51,096 nt of DNA from Acidobacteriota bacterium (GTDB lineage: Bacteria > Acidobacteriota > Terriglobia > 20CM-2-55-15). Made by a program: the position numbers and the translations under genes. This document shows, piece by piece, positions 26,795 to 35,540 of this stretch. The notes under the pieces were generated by a model, which saw only the letters and a program-made list of their open reading frames with translations, was not told where the DNA came from and made no database searches. Position 1 is the first letter of the stretch. Each line of letters starts with the position of its first letter. The DNA lies in assembly GCA_022821265.1 (NCBI GenBank), contig JAJEDW010000177.1, positions 1-51,096 on the forward strand, read 5' to 3'.

Positions 26795-26799
26795 GCCCC

Positions 26800-28104
26800 G
26801 TGGACGCCGGGACCGACACCCCGACGGAAGGCCCCTGGTACCGGCAGGTTTCCAAGGACCCGTGGCGGGCCTTCTGGGCCGTCTTCCTGGGTTGGATCGT
26901 CGACGCCTTCGACTTCACGATCCTGACGTTCATCCTGATCGACATCGAGCGCAGCTTCACCGTCGACAGCGCGCTGGCCGGCGCTCTGGGAACCGTCACG
27001 CTCCTGATGCGGCTGGTCGGCGGGACGCTCGCCGGCACCATCGCCGACCGGTGGGGCCGGAAGCTCCCGTTGATGTTGTCGATCCTGTGGTTCTCGCTCT
27101 TCGCGTTCCTGAGCGGTTTCTCCACCTCCTACGCCATGCTGTTCGTCTTCAGGGCGCTGTTCGGCATCGGCATGGGCGGGGAATGGGCCGCCGGTATGCC
27201 GCTGGTCTTCGAGCACTGGCCGACGCGATTCCGCGGCCTGATCTCGGGAATCATGCTGGGCGGCTGGTATTGGGGCTACCTGCTCGCCACGCTGACCTAC
27301 GAGTTCGTCTATCCCCTGTTCAGCGCCACGCCCGACCTGGGCTGGCGCGCCATGTTCTGGGCGGCCATCGTCCCGGCCCTGTTGACCCTGTGGATACGCG
27401 CCCGCGTCCGGGAGAGCCCGGTGTGGGTCGAGCGGCAGCGGCGCGTCCGGGACGCCATGGCCGAGGGCCGGTTCATCGACGAGCCGAAGATCTCCGTCTT
27501 CCGCATCTTCAGGCCCGACCTGTTGCTGACGACGCTGCACACGACGCTGGTCATCGGCAGCTTCATGTGCGTCTACTACTCCATCAACTTCTGGTATCCC
27601 ACGTTCCACATCGAGGCCGGACGCTCGACGCTGCCCTACCTGGTCGCGTTCAACCTGGCCGCGATCGCCGGAACGGCGACGTGGGGACGGCTGTCGGAAA
27701 CGCGGCTGGGCCGGCGCGGCGCGGTCACGATCACCATCGCGGTGGGCATGGCCGCGCTGCCGTTGTACCTCGACGAGGGGGACCCGGGCGCGCTGATGGC
27801 GGGCGCCGTCCTGATGGGCGGCTTCGGCATGGGGATCTGGGGCATGGCGCCGGCGTACACGTCCGAACGCTTCCCCACGTCGGTCCGCGGCGTCGGTCCC
27901 GGCTTCTGCTACCACGCCGCGGCCGCGATCGGAGCCCTGATGCCCTGGGTCCTCGGATGGCTCCGGGACCGGGGCATGGAGCTGACCACGGCCATGACGT
28001 GGGCGATGCTGATCTCCGGCGCCCTGGCCGCCGTGCTGATCTGGCTGGGGCCCGAGACCCGCGGCCGGGTGTTCCACGCCGGGGACGACGCACCGGCCGG
28101 CTGA
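26800..28104 (+). CDS. MFS transporter (organic anion/aromatic acid-type)
   Basis: 12-TM pattern. MFS motif A GTIADRWGRKLPL. GTG start 5 nt after the upstream stop. Confidence 0.85.
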   Translation: MDAGTDTPTEGPWYRQVSKDPWRAFWAVFLGWIVDAFDFTILTFILIDIERSFTVDSALAGALGTVTLLMRLVGGTLAGTIADRWGRKLPLMLSILWFSLFAFLSGFSTSYAMLFVFRALFGIGMGGEWAAGMPLVFEHWPTRFRGLISGIMLGGWYWGYLLATLTYEFVYPLFSATPDLGWRAMFWAAIVPALLTLWIRARVRESPVWVERQRRVRDAMAEGRFIDEPKISVFRIFRPDLLLTTLHTTLVIGSFMCVYYSINFWYPTFHIEAGRSTLPYLVAFNLAAIAGTATWGRLSETRLGRRGAVTITIAVGMAALPLYLDEGDPGALMAGAVLMGGFGMGIWGMAPAYTSERFPTSVRGVGPGFCYHAAAAIGALMPWVLGWLRDRGMELTTAMTWAMLISGALAAVLIWLGPETRGRVFHAGDDAPAG

Positions 28105-28115
28105 GAACCGGGCCT

Positions 28116-29015
28116 TCAGTCCTCCGAACCGACCTGGACGTGGGCCCAGCGTTCCAGCGTGCGGACGATCTCGGTCATGTCGGCGGCGTCGCCCTCGCTG
28201 GCCGCCGTGATGGCCAGCATCTGCCGGACCGCCGTGCCGACCACCATCGGGACGCCCATGGCGTCGGCCTCCTCCAGGCACAACCGGACGTCCTTGTTGA
28301 GCAAGGCGATCGGGAAGCCCACGTTGAACTTCCTGGGAATCACGAACTTCGGAATCTTGGCTTCCGTCGCGCTGTTCTTCCCGGTTCCGGCGTTGATGAC
28401 GTCCATGATCAGTCCCGGGTCCAGACCCGCCTTGGTCCCCATGACGACGGCCTCGGCCGAGATCGCCATCGCGGTCGCCGAAAGCAGGTTGTTCAACAGC
28501 TTCATCGTCTGGCCCATGCCGGGATTCGGCCCGATGAAGAAGGGACGTCCCAGGACCTCCATGATCGGCCGCAGCCGGTCGACGACGTCTTCGGGGCCGG
28601 CCAGCATCAGGGCGAGCGTCCCGTTGGCCGCCCCCGCCAGGCCGCCGCTGACCGGCGAGTCGACGGCGGTGATGTCGCGGGGCGCCAACCCGGCGGCGAT
28701 CCGCCGCGCGTAGGCGGCGCCGGTCGTCGACATGTCGACGAGCACCCGGACCCGGGAGCCCTCGGCCACGCCGCCCGGGCCCAGGGCCACGGTTTCGACG
28801 ACGGGCGGCGTCGGCAGGCAGACGAAGACGATCTCGGCCGCCGACCCCACCGCGGCCGCCGAATCCACGGCCTCGGCGCCCAGATCGGTCAGCGCCCGCA
28901 CGGCGTCCGGGCTCGTGTCGTGGATGACGAGCCGGTGTCCCGCCTCCACCAGGCGCCGGGCCATCCGATGGCCCATGCGTCCGACGCCCACCCATCCCAG
29001 TGTCTCTTCGGCCAT
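28116..29015 (-). CDS. NAD(P)-dependent oxidoreductase, 3-hydroxyisobutyrate dehydrogenase family
   Basis: Rossmann motif GWVGVGRMGHRMARRL and a family-typical central and C-terminal helical domain (LLNNLLSATAMAISAEA). Confidence 0.85.
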   Translation of the reverse strand: MAEETLGWVGVGRMGHRMARRLVEAGHRLVIHDTSPDAVRALTDLGAEAVDSAAAVGSAAEIVFVCLPTPPVVETVALGPGGVAEGSRVRVLVDMSTTGAAYARRIAAGLAPRDITAVDSPVSGGLAGAANGTLALMLAGPEDVVDRLRPIMEVLGRPFFIGPNPGMGQTMKLLNNLLSATAMAISAEAVVMGTKAGLDPGLIMDVINAGTGKNSATEAKIPKFVIPRKFNVGFPIALLNKDVRLCLEEADAMGVPMVVGTAVRQMLAITAASEGDAADMTEIVRTLERWAHVQVGSED

Positions 29016-29016
29016 G

Positions 29017-29394
29017 TCAGATCCCCAGTTCCTTGAACGTATCGCGCGCGATCCGGAAGCTGTCGACCGCCGCCGGCACGCCGCAGTAGATCGCCACCTG
29101 CAGCAGCACCTCCATGATCTGGTCCTTCGTCAACCCGTTGTTGATCGCGCCCCGTACGTGCGCGCGGACCTCGTGGGGCCGGTTCAGGGCCGAGATCATC
29201 GCCAGGTTGAGCATGCTGCGCGTCTTGTGGTCCAGGCCGGGACGCCCCCAGACCTCGCCCCAGCAGTACTGGGTCACCAGCTCCTGCAGCGGGCGGTTGA
29301 AATCGTCGGCCGTCGCGAACGCGTTGTCCACGTACTCGGCGCCCAGCACCTTGCGCCGAATCTCCAGGCCCTTGTCGAATGTCGCCTTGTCCAT
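29017..29394 (-). CDS. carboxymuconolactone decarboxylase (CMD) family protein
   Basis: 125 aa. ATG 29394 preceded by AAAGGAGA. YCWGEVWGRPGLDHKTRSMLNLAMISALNRPHEVRAHVRGAINNGLTKDQIMEVLLQVAIYCGVPAA is typical of gamma-CMD-like proteins. 1-nt gap to the downstream reductase gene. Confidence 0.85.
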   Translation of the reverse strand: MDKATFDKGLEIRRKVLGAEYVDNAFATADDFNRPLQELVTQYCWGEVWGRPGLDHKTRSMLNLAMISALNRPHEVRAHVRGAINNGLTKDQIMEVLLQVAIYCGVPAAVDSFRIARDTFKELGI

Positions 29395-29447
29395 GAAGTC
29401 TCCTTTCTGCGGTCGAACGATCGTGGTCGATGGAGGGCGTGTCCCGC

Positions 29448-30833
29448 CTACCGGTTCTCGACGGTCATTTCGGCGAGCGCGCCAGCGTCGTCCAGACGCT
29501 CCAGCCCCAGGACGGCGTCGAGCAGGCGCCGGCGGGCGGCGGGCGACAACCGGGCGCCCGCGTTGTCCTCGAACTTGGCCAGTATGGCGTCCTCGGTCAT
29601 CGGGTTCTGTCTCGAGCCACGGTTGAACTCCTCGACCGCCTCCAGGCGCCGGCCGTCCGTGGTCGTGACCGTCACGGCGCCCTTGAACCGGCCGGGCCCC
29701 GGGTAATCGGGGTCCACATGGTAGCGGACGCGCCGCGCAAGCCCGAGTATCTCCGGAATTCGGACGTGGTCGTCCCGGTAGGCGTCGCGGCCGAGCTCCC
29801 CGAAGTGGAGCGCCTCGGCCAAGGTGTACTGCAGGCAGACGCGGCCGTGCGCGCCGGTCCGCGGCGCCTGTTTCTCGGCGACGGGCTCGCAGACGATCGG
29901 AACGATGTATTCCGCCACGGGACAATCGATCGCGGCCACGTCGGCGGCTTCGATGCCCATGTCCCGGCGGAGCCGGAGGAGGGCGTCGATGTAGGGGTGC
30001 AGCACGTGCGCGGCCGGATACGGCTTGAACGCGGCGTTCCGGCTTTCCCATTCGCGGCCGAGCCCGCCGGCGACCCGGTCGAAGTCCCGTCGCGCGCCCG
30101 CGTCCTGGACGTGCGAGGCGAACAGGCCGAAACGGCCTTCCAGCACGGCGGGCGGACCCGTCGCGCCCTCACGGGCCAGGAAGGCCGCCGCGATCCCCGA
30201 CTGCGCCGCCCATCCCGAGTGCAGGAACTTGGACTCGGTGCCGTCGACCCAACACTCCAGGATGCCGGCGGCGAAGCTGCCCACGATGCCGGACGCAGCC
30301 GACAGGGTGTCCGTGTCCAGCCCCAGCATCCGGCCCGCCAGGTACGCCACGCCGAACGGGGCGAAGAGCCCGGTCGGATGGAAGCCACGCTTGTGCAGCT
30401 CGCCCGGCGACACGCTGCCGACCCGGCAGGAGATCTCGTTGCCGAGCGCCACGGCGGTGATCACGTCGCGTCCCGACGCGGGCGCGGTCTCGGACAACGC
30501 CAGCGCCGCCGCGACGGCGGGGCTGCTCATGTGGACGATGGATTCCACGTGCGTGTCGTCGTACTCGAGCGCCTGCGCCGCCGCGGCGTTGACGAACGGC
30601 GCCCCCGTAACGCCCAGCCGCTCGCCCGTGCCCCACACCCGGCACGGCCCGTTCGGAAACATCGCGGCCGCCGCGTTCCGCACCGAGCGGCCGAACCCGG
30701 TGCCGGCGCCGGCCAGCGACAGCCCGATCACGTCCAGGACGCGCAACCGGGTGGCGGCGACCACGTCGCCGGGCAGGTCCTCGAAGGTCAGTTCCGAGAC
30801 CCAGTTTCCGATTTCGCTGGCCAGCGCGGTCAT
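29448..30833 (-). CDS. MmgE/PrpD family protein (copy 1)
   Basis: Full-length family resemblance including ALEYDDTH, SPAVAAALA and KPYPAAHVLHPYIDA. Confidence 0.85.
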   Translation of the reverse strand: MTALASEIGNWVSELTFEDLPGDVVAATRLRVLDVIGLSLAGAGTGFGRSVRNAAAAMFPNGPCRVWGTGERLGVTGAPFVNAAAAQALEYDDTHVESIVHMSSPAVAAALALSETAPASGRDVITAVALGNEISCRVGSVSPGELHKRGFHPTGLFAPFGVAYLAGRMLGLDTDTLSAASGIVGSFAAGILECWVDGTESKFLHSGWAAQSGIAAAFLAREGATGPPAVLEGRFGLFASHVQDAGARRDFDRVAGGLGREWESRNAAFKPYPAAHVLHPYIDALLRLRRDMGIEAADVAAIDCPVAEYIVPIVCEPVAEKQAPRTGAHGRVCLQYTLAEALHFGELGRDAYRDDHVRIPEILGLARRVRYHVDPDYPGPGRFKGAVTVTTTDGRRLEAVEEFNRGSRQNPMTEDAILAKFEDNAGARLSPAARRRLLDAVLGLERLDDAGALAEMTVENR

Positions 30834-30880
30834 GGCGGGGGTCGAGGTTATACAATATCCGGCCGATTAGGAACGGAACC

Positions 30881-32242
30881 ATGGACGAAACGAGACAGTT
30901 GGCCGAATACCTGGTGACGAGCCGGGCCGAGGACGTCCCTTCCGACGTCCGCCGCGAAGCCCGGCGTTCGATCCTCAACTACCTCGGGTGCGCCCTGGGC
31001 GGGAGCCGGGAGCCCGCCGTGGACGCGGCGATCCAGGCGTTGGGGCCGTATTCCGGTCCCGCGACGGCCGCCGTCCTGGGACGCCGGGAGCGCCTGGACC
31101 CGCTGCACGCGTCGCTGATGAACGGCATCAGCTCCCACGTGCACGACTACGACGACACGACCCCGGGCAACTACATCCATCCCAGCTCGCCGGTCGCCTC
31201 GGCGCTGTTCGCCTATGCCAGCCAGTCCGAGGTCACGGGCCGCGACTTCGTGCACGCGTTCGTCCTGGGCTTCGAGGCGGAGTGCCGGGTCGGCAACGCG
31301 GTCTTCCCGGCCCATTACGACGCGGGCTGGCACATCACCGGCACGGCCGGCGTGTTCGGCGCCGCGGCCGCCATCGGACGCCTGCGCGGGCTGCCGGCGC
31401 CGCGCATGGTCTGGGCCCTCGGGTTGGCCGCCACGCAGGCCGCCGGGCTGCGCGAGATGTTCGGATCGATGGCCAAGTCGTTCCATCCGGGCCGCGCGGC
31501 CCAGAACGGTTACGCGGCCGCGCTCCTGGCCGAATCGGGATTCACCGCGGGCGAGCACGCCATCGAGGCGCCGCGCGGCTTCGCCGCCGTCCAGGCCGCC
31601 CGCTACGATGTGTCGCGCGTGACCCGGGGTCTCGGCGTCGACTACGACCTGCGGGTCAACGCCTACAAGCCGTTCCCATGCGGCATCGTCAACCACCCCG
31701 CCATCGACGGCTGCATCCAGTTGCACGACGCGCACGGCCTGACGGGGGACCGCATCCGGCAGGTGCGCCTCGGCGTGGCGCCCCTGGTCAAGGACCTGTG
31801 CAACAAGCAGCGGATCACCCGGGGACTGGAGGGCAAGTTCTCGGTCTACCACGGGGCGGCCGTGGGCTTGGCCCGCGGCCGGGCGGGCCTGGACGAGTAC
31901 ACCGACGCGGCCGTGGCCGATCCCGAGATCCGGCGCATCCGGGAAGGCGCCGTCGCCGACGCCGACGCGGCCCTCACCGAGGATCAGGCCCGCATCACGG
32001 TGGAGCTGACCGACGGCACGGTGCTCGAGAAGTTCGTCGAGCAATCGCTGGGCAACCTGCGCAAGCCGATGAGCGACGGTCAGTTGGAAGAGAAATTCCG
32101 CCGCCAGGCCGTCCGCGCCCTGCCGGAAGCGCAGGTGGAGGACGCCATCGCCCTGTGCTGGAGGATCGACACGCTCGCGGACGTCGGCGAGTTGGTCCGG
32201 GCGTCGGTTCCGGAAGCCGAGCGGGCCGAGACCGTGGGTTAG
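30881..32242 (+). CDS. MmgE/PrpD family protein (copy 2)
   Basis: VHDYDDTT, SSPVASALFA and KPFPCGIVNHPAIDG. Divergent from copy 1 across a 47-bp spacer. Confidence 0.85.
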   Translation: MDETRQLAEYLVTSRAEDVPSDVRREARRSILNYLGCALGGSREPAVDAAIQALGPYSGPATAAVLGRRERLDPLHASLMNGISSHVHDYDDTTPGNYIHPSSPVASALFAYASQSEVTGRDFVHAFVLGFEAECRVGNAVFPAHYDAGWHITGTAGVFGAAAAIGRLRGLPAPRMVWALGLAATQAAGLREMFGSMAKSFHPGRAAQNGYAAALLAESGFTAGEHAIEAPRGFAAVQAARYDVSRVTRGLGVDYDLRVNAYKPFPCGIVNHPAIDGCIQLHDAHGLTGDRIRQVRLGVAPLVKDLCNKQRITRGLEGKFSVYHGAAVGLARGRAGLDEYTDAAVADPEIRRIREGAVADADAALTEDQARITVELTDGTVLEKFVEQSLGNLRKPMSDGQLEEKFRRQAVRALPEAQVEDAIALCWRIDTLADVGELVRASVPEAERAETVG

Positions 32243-32298
32243 CGAGGGTGAAGAGACTTTTTCTTGGGCTGACGCCGCGGCTACCGCCGCGTTGTCCA

Positions 32299-32321
32299 CC
32301 CGCGGCGAGGAACGCCGCGGG
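32299..32321 (+). terminator. GC-rich hairpin (9-bp stem CCCGCGGCG/CGCCGCGGG, loop AGGAA) downstream of PrpD copy 2
   Basis: Perfect inverted repeat read directly. There is no U-tract, so terminator function is uncertain. Confidence 0.3.
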
Positions 32322-32446
32322 TACGAATGGAGCTTGCGATAACGTTTTCGGCATCTTCCACCTCTCGGCTTCGCCTTCGATCACTCCACCCGATGAGACC
32401 GTCCCCGTGTCGTGCCGCGAACTTGCGGGACACGACTTGAGTTCGA

Positions 32447-32475
32447 TTGGCCCGTGCGGTCCCGGGCGGTATACT
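32447..32475 (+). promoter_or_regulatory. candidate promoter (TTGGCC-N17-TATACT) for the molybdoenzyme gene
   Basis: Hexamers and spacer read directly, about 27 nt upstream of ATG 32502. Sequence resemblance only. Confidence 0.3.
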
Positions 32476-32501
32476 GCCGCCTGAATCCCTGGAGGGTGTC
32501 C

Positions 32502-34610
32502 ATGTTGCTGGAAGCCATCGATCGGCGCAGTTTCCTGAGGACGGGCGCGCTCGCCGCCGGGGGACTTGTCCTCGGCGTCTCCGTCCCCTCCCGCAACGCG
32601 TATTCGCAGGGCGCCGAAACGCCCGCCCGCTTCAACGCGTTCGTCTCCGTGGGCGCCGACGACCGGATCACGATCGTCATCCACAAGCCCGAGAACGGTC
32701 AGGGCACGATCACGTCGCTGGCGATGCTGGTGGCCGAAGAACTCGAATGCGACTGGAACTCCATTCGCTGGGAGTTCGCGCCCATCGACCGCGTCTACGG
32801 GTTCCCGCTCCAGGGCACGTTCGGCAGCACGGGCGTCCGCACGTCGTGGCGTCCGCTGCGCCAGGCCGGGGCGGCGGCGCGCGAGATGCTCGTCGAAGCG
32901 GCCGCGCGGCGATGGAACGTAGGGCGCGCGGAGTGCCGCGCCGAGAACGGCGAGGTGATCCACGCGGCGTCGGGCTTCAGGCTCCGTTACGGCGAGGTCG
33001 CCGAAGCGGCGGCGCGGCTGCCGGTGCCCGAGGACGTACCGCTGAAGCCCGCTTCGGAGTTCACGCGGATCGGGACGCCGACGAAGCGGCTGGACACGGC
33101 AGCGAAGACGCGCGGCGAGGCCGCCTACGGGATCGACGTCCAGAGGCCGGACATGCTGTACGGCGTCGTGGCCCGCTGCCCCGTCAACGGCGGGCGCCTG
33201 GCCGGCTTCGACGCGGCCCGCGCCCGGGCCGTCCCGGGCGTGCGCGACGTGGTCGAGATCTCCTTCGGCGTGGCCGTCGTCGCCGACAACACGTGGGCGG
33301 CTCTCCGCGGCCGCGACGCGTTGGACATCGACTGGGACGAGGGCCCGAACAGGAACCTGTCGACCGCGGGGATCCGCGAACACCTGGCCGCGCTGACGGC
33401 GTCGCCGGGGGCCGTCGCACGCCACGAAGGCGCGGGCGCGGAGGCGCTGGCCGGGGCCGCGACGCGCCTCCGCGCCGTGTACGAGGCGCCCTACCTGGCG
33501 CACGCCACGATGGAGCCGCCGAACGCGACGGCCGACGTCCGCGCCGACGGATGCGACCTGTGGACCGGGAGCCAGATCCCGGGGCTGGCGCACTCGTCCG
33601 CCGCGGCGGCGTCCGGCCTGGAACCGGAGCAGGTCCGGGTCCACACCATGCTCATCGGCGGCGGCTTCGGGAGCCGCGGCGGCGGCAACGTGTACGCCGA
33701 GGCCGTGGAAGTGTCCATGAAGGCGGGGCGGCCGGTGAACCTGATCTATTCCCGCGAGGACGACATCCGGCACGACCGCTTCCGTCCCGTCGCCTACGCG
33801 CGGCTCGAGGCGGGTCTGGACGCCGACGGACGGCCCACGGCCTGGACCGGGAACGTCGCGTGCCAGTCCTGGGTCGCGCTCAGGAACGGCGTGGACCGCG
33901 AAGGCGTGGCCGGCCTGGCCGACGCGCCCTACGCGTTTCCGAACATCCACTTCGAGTACCATCCGCCGGACATCGATGTCCCCACGAATTACTGGAGGTC
34001 GGTCGGACACTCGCAGAACACGTACTTCGCCGAGGCGTTCCTCGACGAGCTGGCCGCGGCCGCCGGCCGCGACCCCGTCGCGTTCCGCCGCGACCTCCTG
34101 TCGGACGAGCCTCGGCTGCGGCAGGTTCTGGACGTCGCCGCGGAACGTTCCGGCTGGGGCGGCCCGCTGCCGCCGGGCCGCTCGCGAGGCGTGGCCGTGA
34201 CCCACTGCTTCGGCAGCTACAACGCCCAGGTCGCCGAGGTCTCCATCGTCGGGGGCCGGCTGCGCGTACACCGCGTGACCTCGGCCATCGACTGCGGGCA
34301 GGTGGTGAACCCGGACGGCGTCGTGCAGCAGATGCAGAGCGGCATCGTCTACGGGCTGAGCGCCGCGCTGAAGGGCGAGATCACGCTCGAAAGAGGCCGC
34401 GTCCAGCAGTCGAACTTCCACGACTACGACGTGCTGCGCATGGACGAGATGCCCGTCGTCGACGTGCACATCGTTCCCAGCGCGGAGGCCCCCGGCGGGA
34501 TCGGCGAGGTCGGAACGCCGGCCATCGCCCCGGCCGTCGTGAACGCCGTCTTCGCCCGGACGGGGCGGCCCATTCGAAGGCTTCCCATTCGAGGGGAAGA
34601 TTTGGCATAG
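32502..34610 (+). CDS. xanthine dehydrogenase-family molybdopterin-binding subunit, IorB-like, Tat-exported
   Basis: ATG 32502 preceded by GGAGGG. Tat signal DRRSFLRTGALAAGGLVLG. FNAFVSVGADDRITIVIHKPENGQGTITSLAMLVAEELECDW and C-terminal GGIGEVGTPAIAPAVVNAV are typical of the isoquinoline oxidoreductase beta / aldehyde oxidase family. Confidence 0.85.
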   Translation: MLLEAIDRRSFLRTGALAAGGLVLGVSVPSRNAYSQGAETPARFNAFVSVGADDRITIVIHKPENGQGTITSLAMLVAEELECDWNSIRWEFAPIDRVYGFPLQGTFGSTGVRTSWRPLRQAGAAAREMLVEAAARRWNVGRAECRAENGEVIHAASGFRLRYGEVAEAAARLPVPEDVPLKPASEFTRIGTPTKRLDTAAKTRGEAAYGIDVQRPDMLYGVVARCPVNGGRLAGFDAARARAVPGVRDVVEISFGVAVVADNTWAALRGRDALDIDWDEGPNRNLSTAGIREHLAALTASPGAVARHEGAGAEALAGAATRLRAVYEAPYLAHATMEPPNATADVRADGCDLWTGSQIPGLAHSSAAAASGLEPEQVRVHTMLIGGGFGSRGGGNVYAEAVEVSMKAGRPVNLIYSREDDIRHDRFRPVAYARLEAGLDADGRPTAWTGNVACQSWVALRNGVDREGVAGLADAPYAFPNIHFEYHPPDIDVPTNYWRSVGHSQNTYFAEAFLDELAAAAGRDPVAFRRDLLSDEPRLRQVLDVAAERSGWGGPLPPGRSRGVAVTHCFGSYNAQVAEVSIVGGRLRVHRVTSAIDCGQVVNPDGVVQQMQSGIVYGLSAALKGEITLERGRVQQSNFHDYDVLRMDEMPVVDVHIVPSAEAPGGIGEVGTPAIAPAVVNAVFARTGRPIRRLPIRGEDLA

Positions 34611-34654
34611 TGAACGCATCCGCAACCGATTCGAATACAAAGGAGCCCAGGGAC

Positions 34655-35521
34655 GTGAGAATCAGAACGATGGTAGTGATGACCGCCTTCGCCGCCGTGA
34701 TGCTCGCCGCCGGCCCCGCCGACGTGCTGGCGCAGCGGGGACGGGGCGCCGCCGACGCGCCTCCAGCCGGACCGACGCCCCGCCTGGCGAACGGCAAGCC
34801 CGACCTGACCGGCCTCTGGGCCGAACCGTATACGCCCAACATGGCGGGCCGCGGCAGCGCCAGCGTCGTCGATCCCGAAACGCGTGAGCTCCTGGACTGG
34901 CCGCGCAAGGGCGAACCGCTGCCCGACGCCGTGGACCCGACGCGAACGTTCGACCTGCCCTACACCGAGCTGGGCCTGCAGCGCTGGAAGGAATACGACC
35001 CTGTGGCCAACGGGGACTACGCCGGGAGCTGCATGCCGTTCGGCATGTCGCGGAACATCAACTCCCCGCACGGGAGCTACATCATCCACAACGAGCAGGC
35101 GTTGGCGATCCTCTTCGAGCAGAACACCTGGTTCCACCTGATCCCGATCGAAGGCGCATGGGAATGGCCCGAGGACCTGCCGCCGGCCTGGAACGGCTAC
35201 TCGACGGGCCGCTGGGAAGGCGACACGCTCGTCGTCGAGACCGACAACTTCAACGGGTACACGAAGCTCGACACGACCGGCCATCCGCACAGCAGCGCGG
35301 TGAAGTTCATCAACACGTTCACGCGCCTCGACGAGCGTACGATCGAGCATACGGTCACCGTCCAGGATCCCAGGATGTACACGATGGACTGGATGAACGT
35401 CCGCACGTGGCGGCTGCGCGACGCGCCCGACGTTCTGATGGAATACTCCTGCGAGGAGAACAACCTGGGTCTGTTCGACGGTTCGATCTCGCCGTGGCGG
35501 ATACCGGACTTCGTGGATTGA
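34655..35521 (+). CDS. secreted conserved hypothetical protein (family copy 2; paralog of 18129..18998)
   Basis: GTG 34655 lies 9 nt after AAGGAG; ATG 34670 is an alternative start. Signal peptide, then KPDLTGLW, DLPYTELG, WNGYSTGRWEGDTLVVETDNFNG and MEYSCEEN. Confidence 0.6.
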   Translation: MRIRTMVVMTAFAAVMLAAGPADVLAQRGRGAADAPPAGPTPRLANGKPDLTGLWAEPYTPNMAGRGSASVVDPETRELLDWPRKGEPLPDAVDPTRTFDLPYTELGLQRWKEYDPVANGDYAGSCMPFGMSRNINSPHGSYIIHNEQALAILFEQNTWFHLIPIEGAWEWPEDLPPAWNGYSTGRWEGDTLVVETDNFNGYTKLDTTGHPHSSAVKFINTFTRLDERTIEHTVTVQDPRMYTMDWMNVRTWRLRDAPDVLMEYSCEENNLGLFDGSISPWRIPDFVD

Positions 35522-35540
35522 CCCAGCCCGGGAGGGCGCC

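Noticed and set aside
30834-30880. The 47-bp spacer between the divergent PrpD genes as a shared palindromic operator.
   Set aside because: It contains a TATACAAT/-10-like element but no convincing inverted repeat. It is too short to separate two promoters confidently, so it is mentioned only in the cluster finding.
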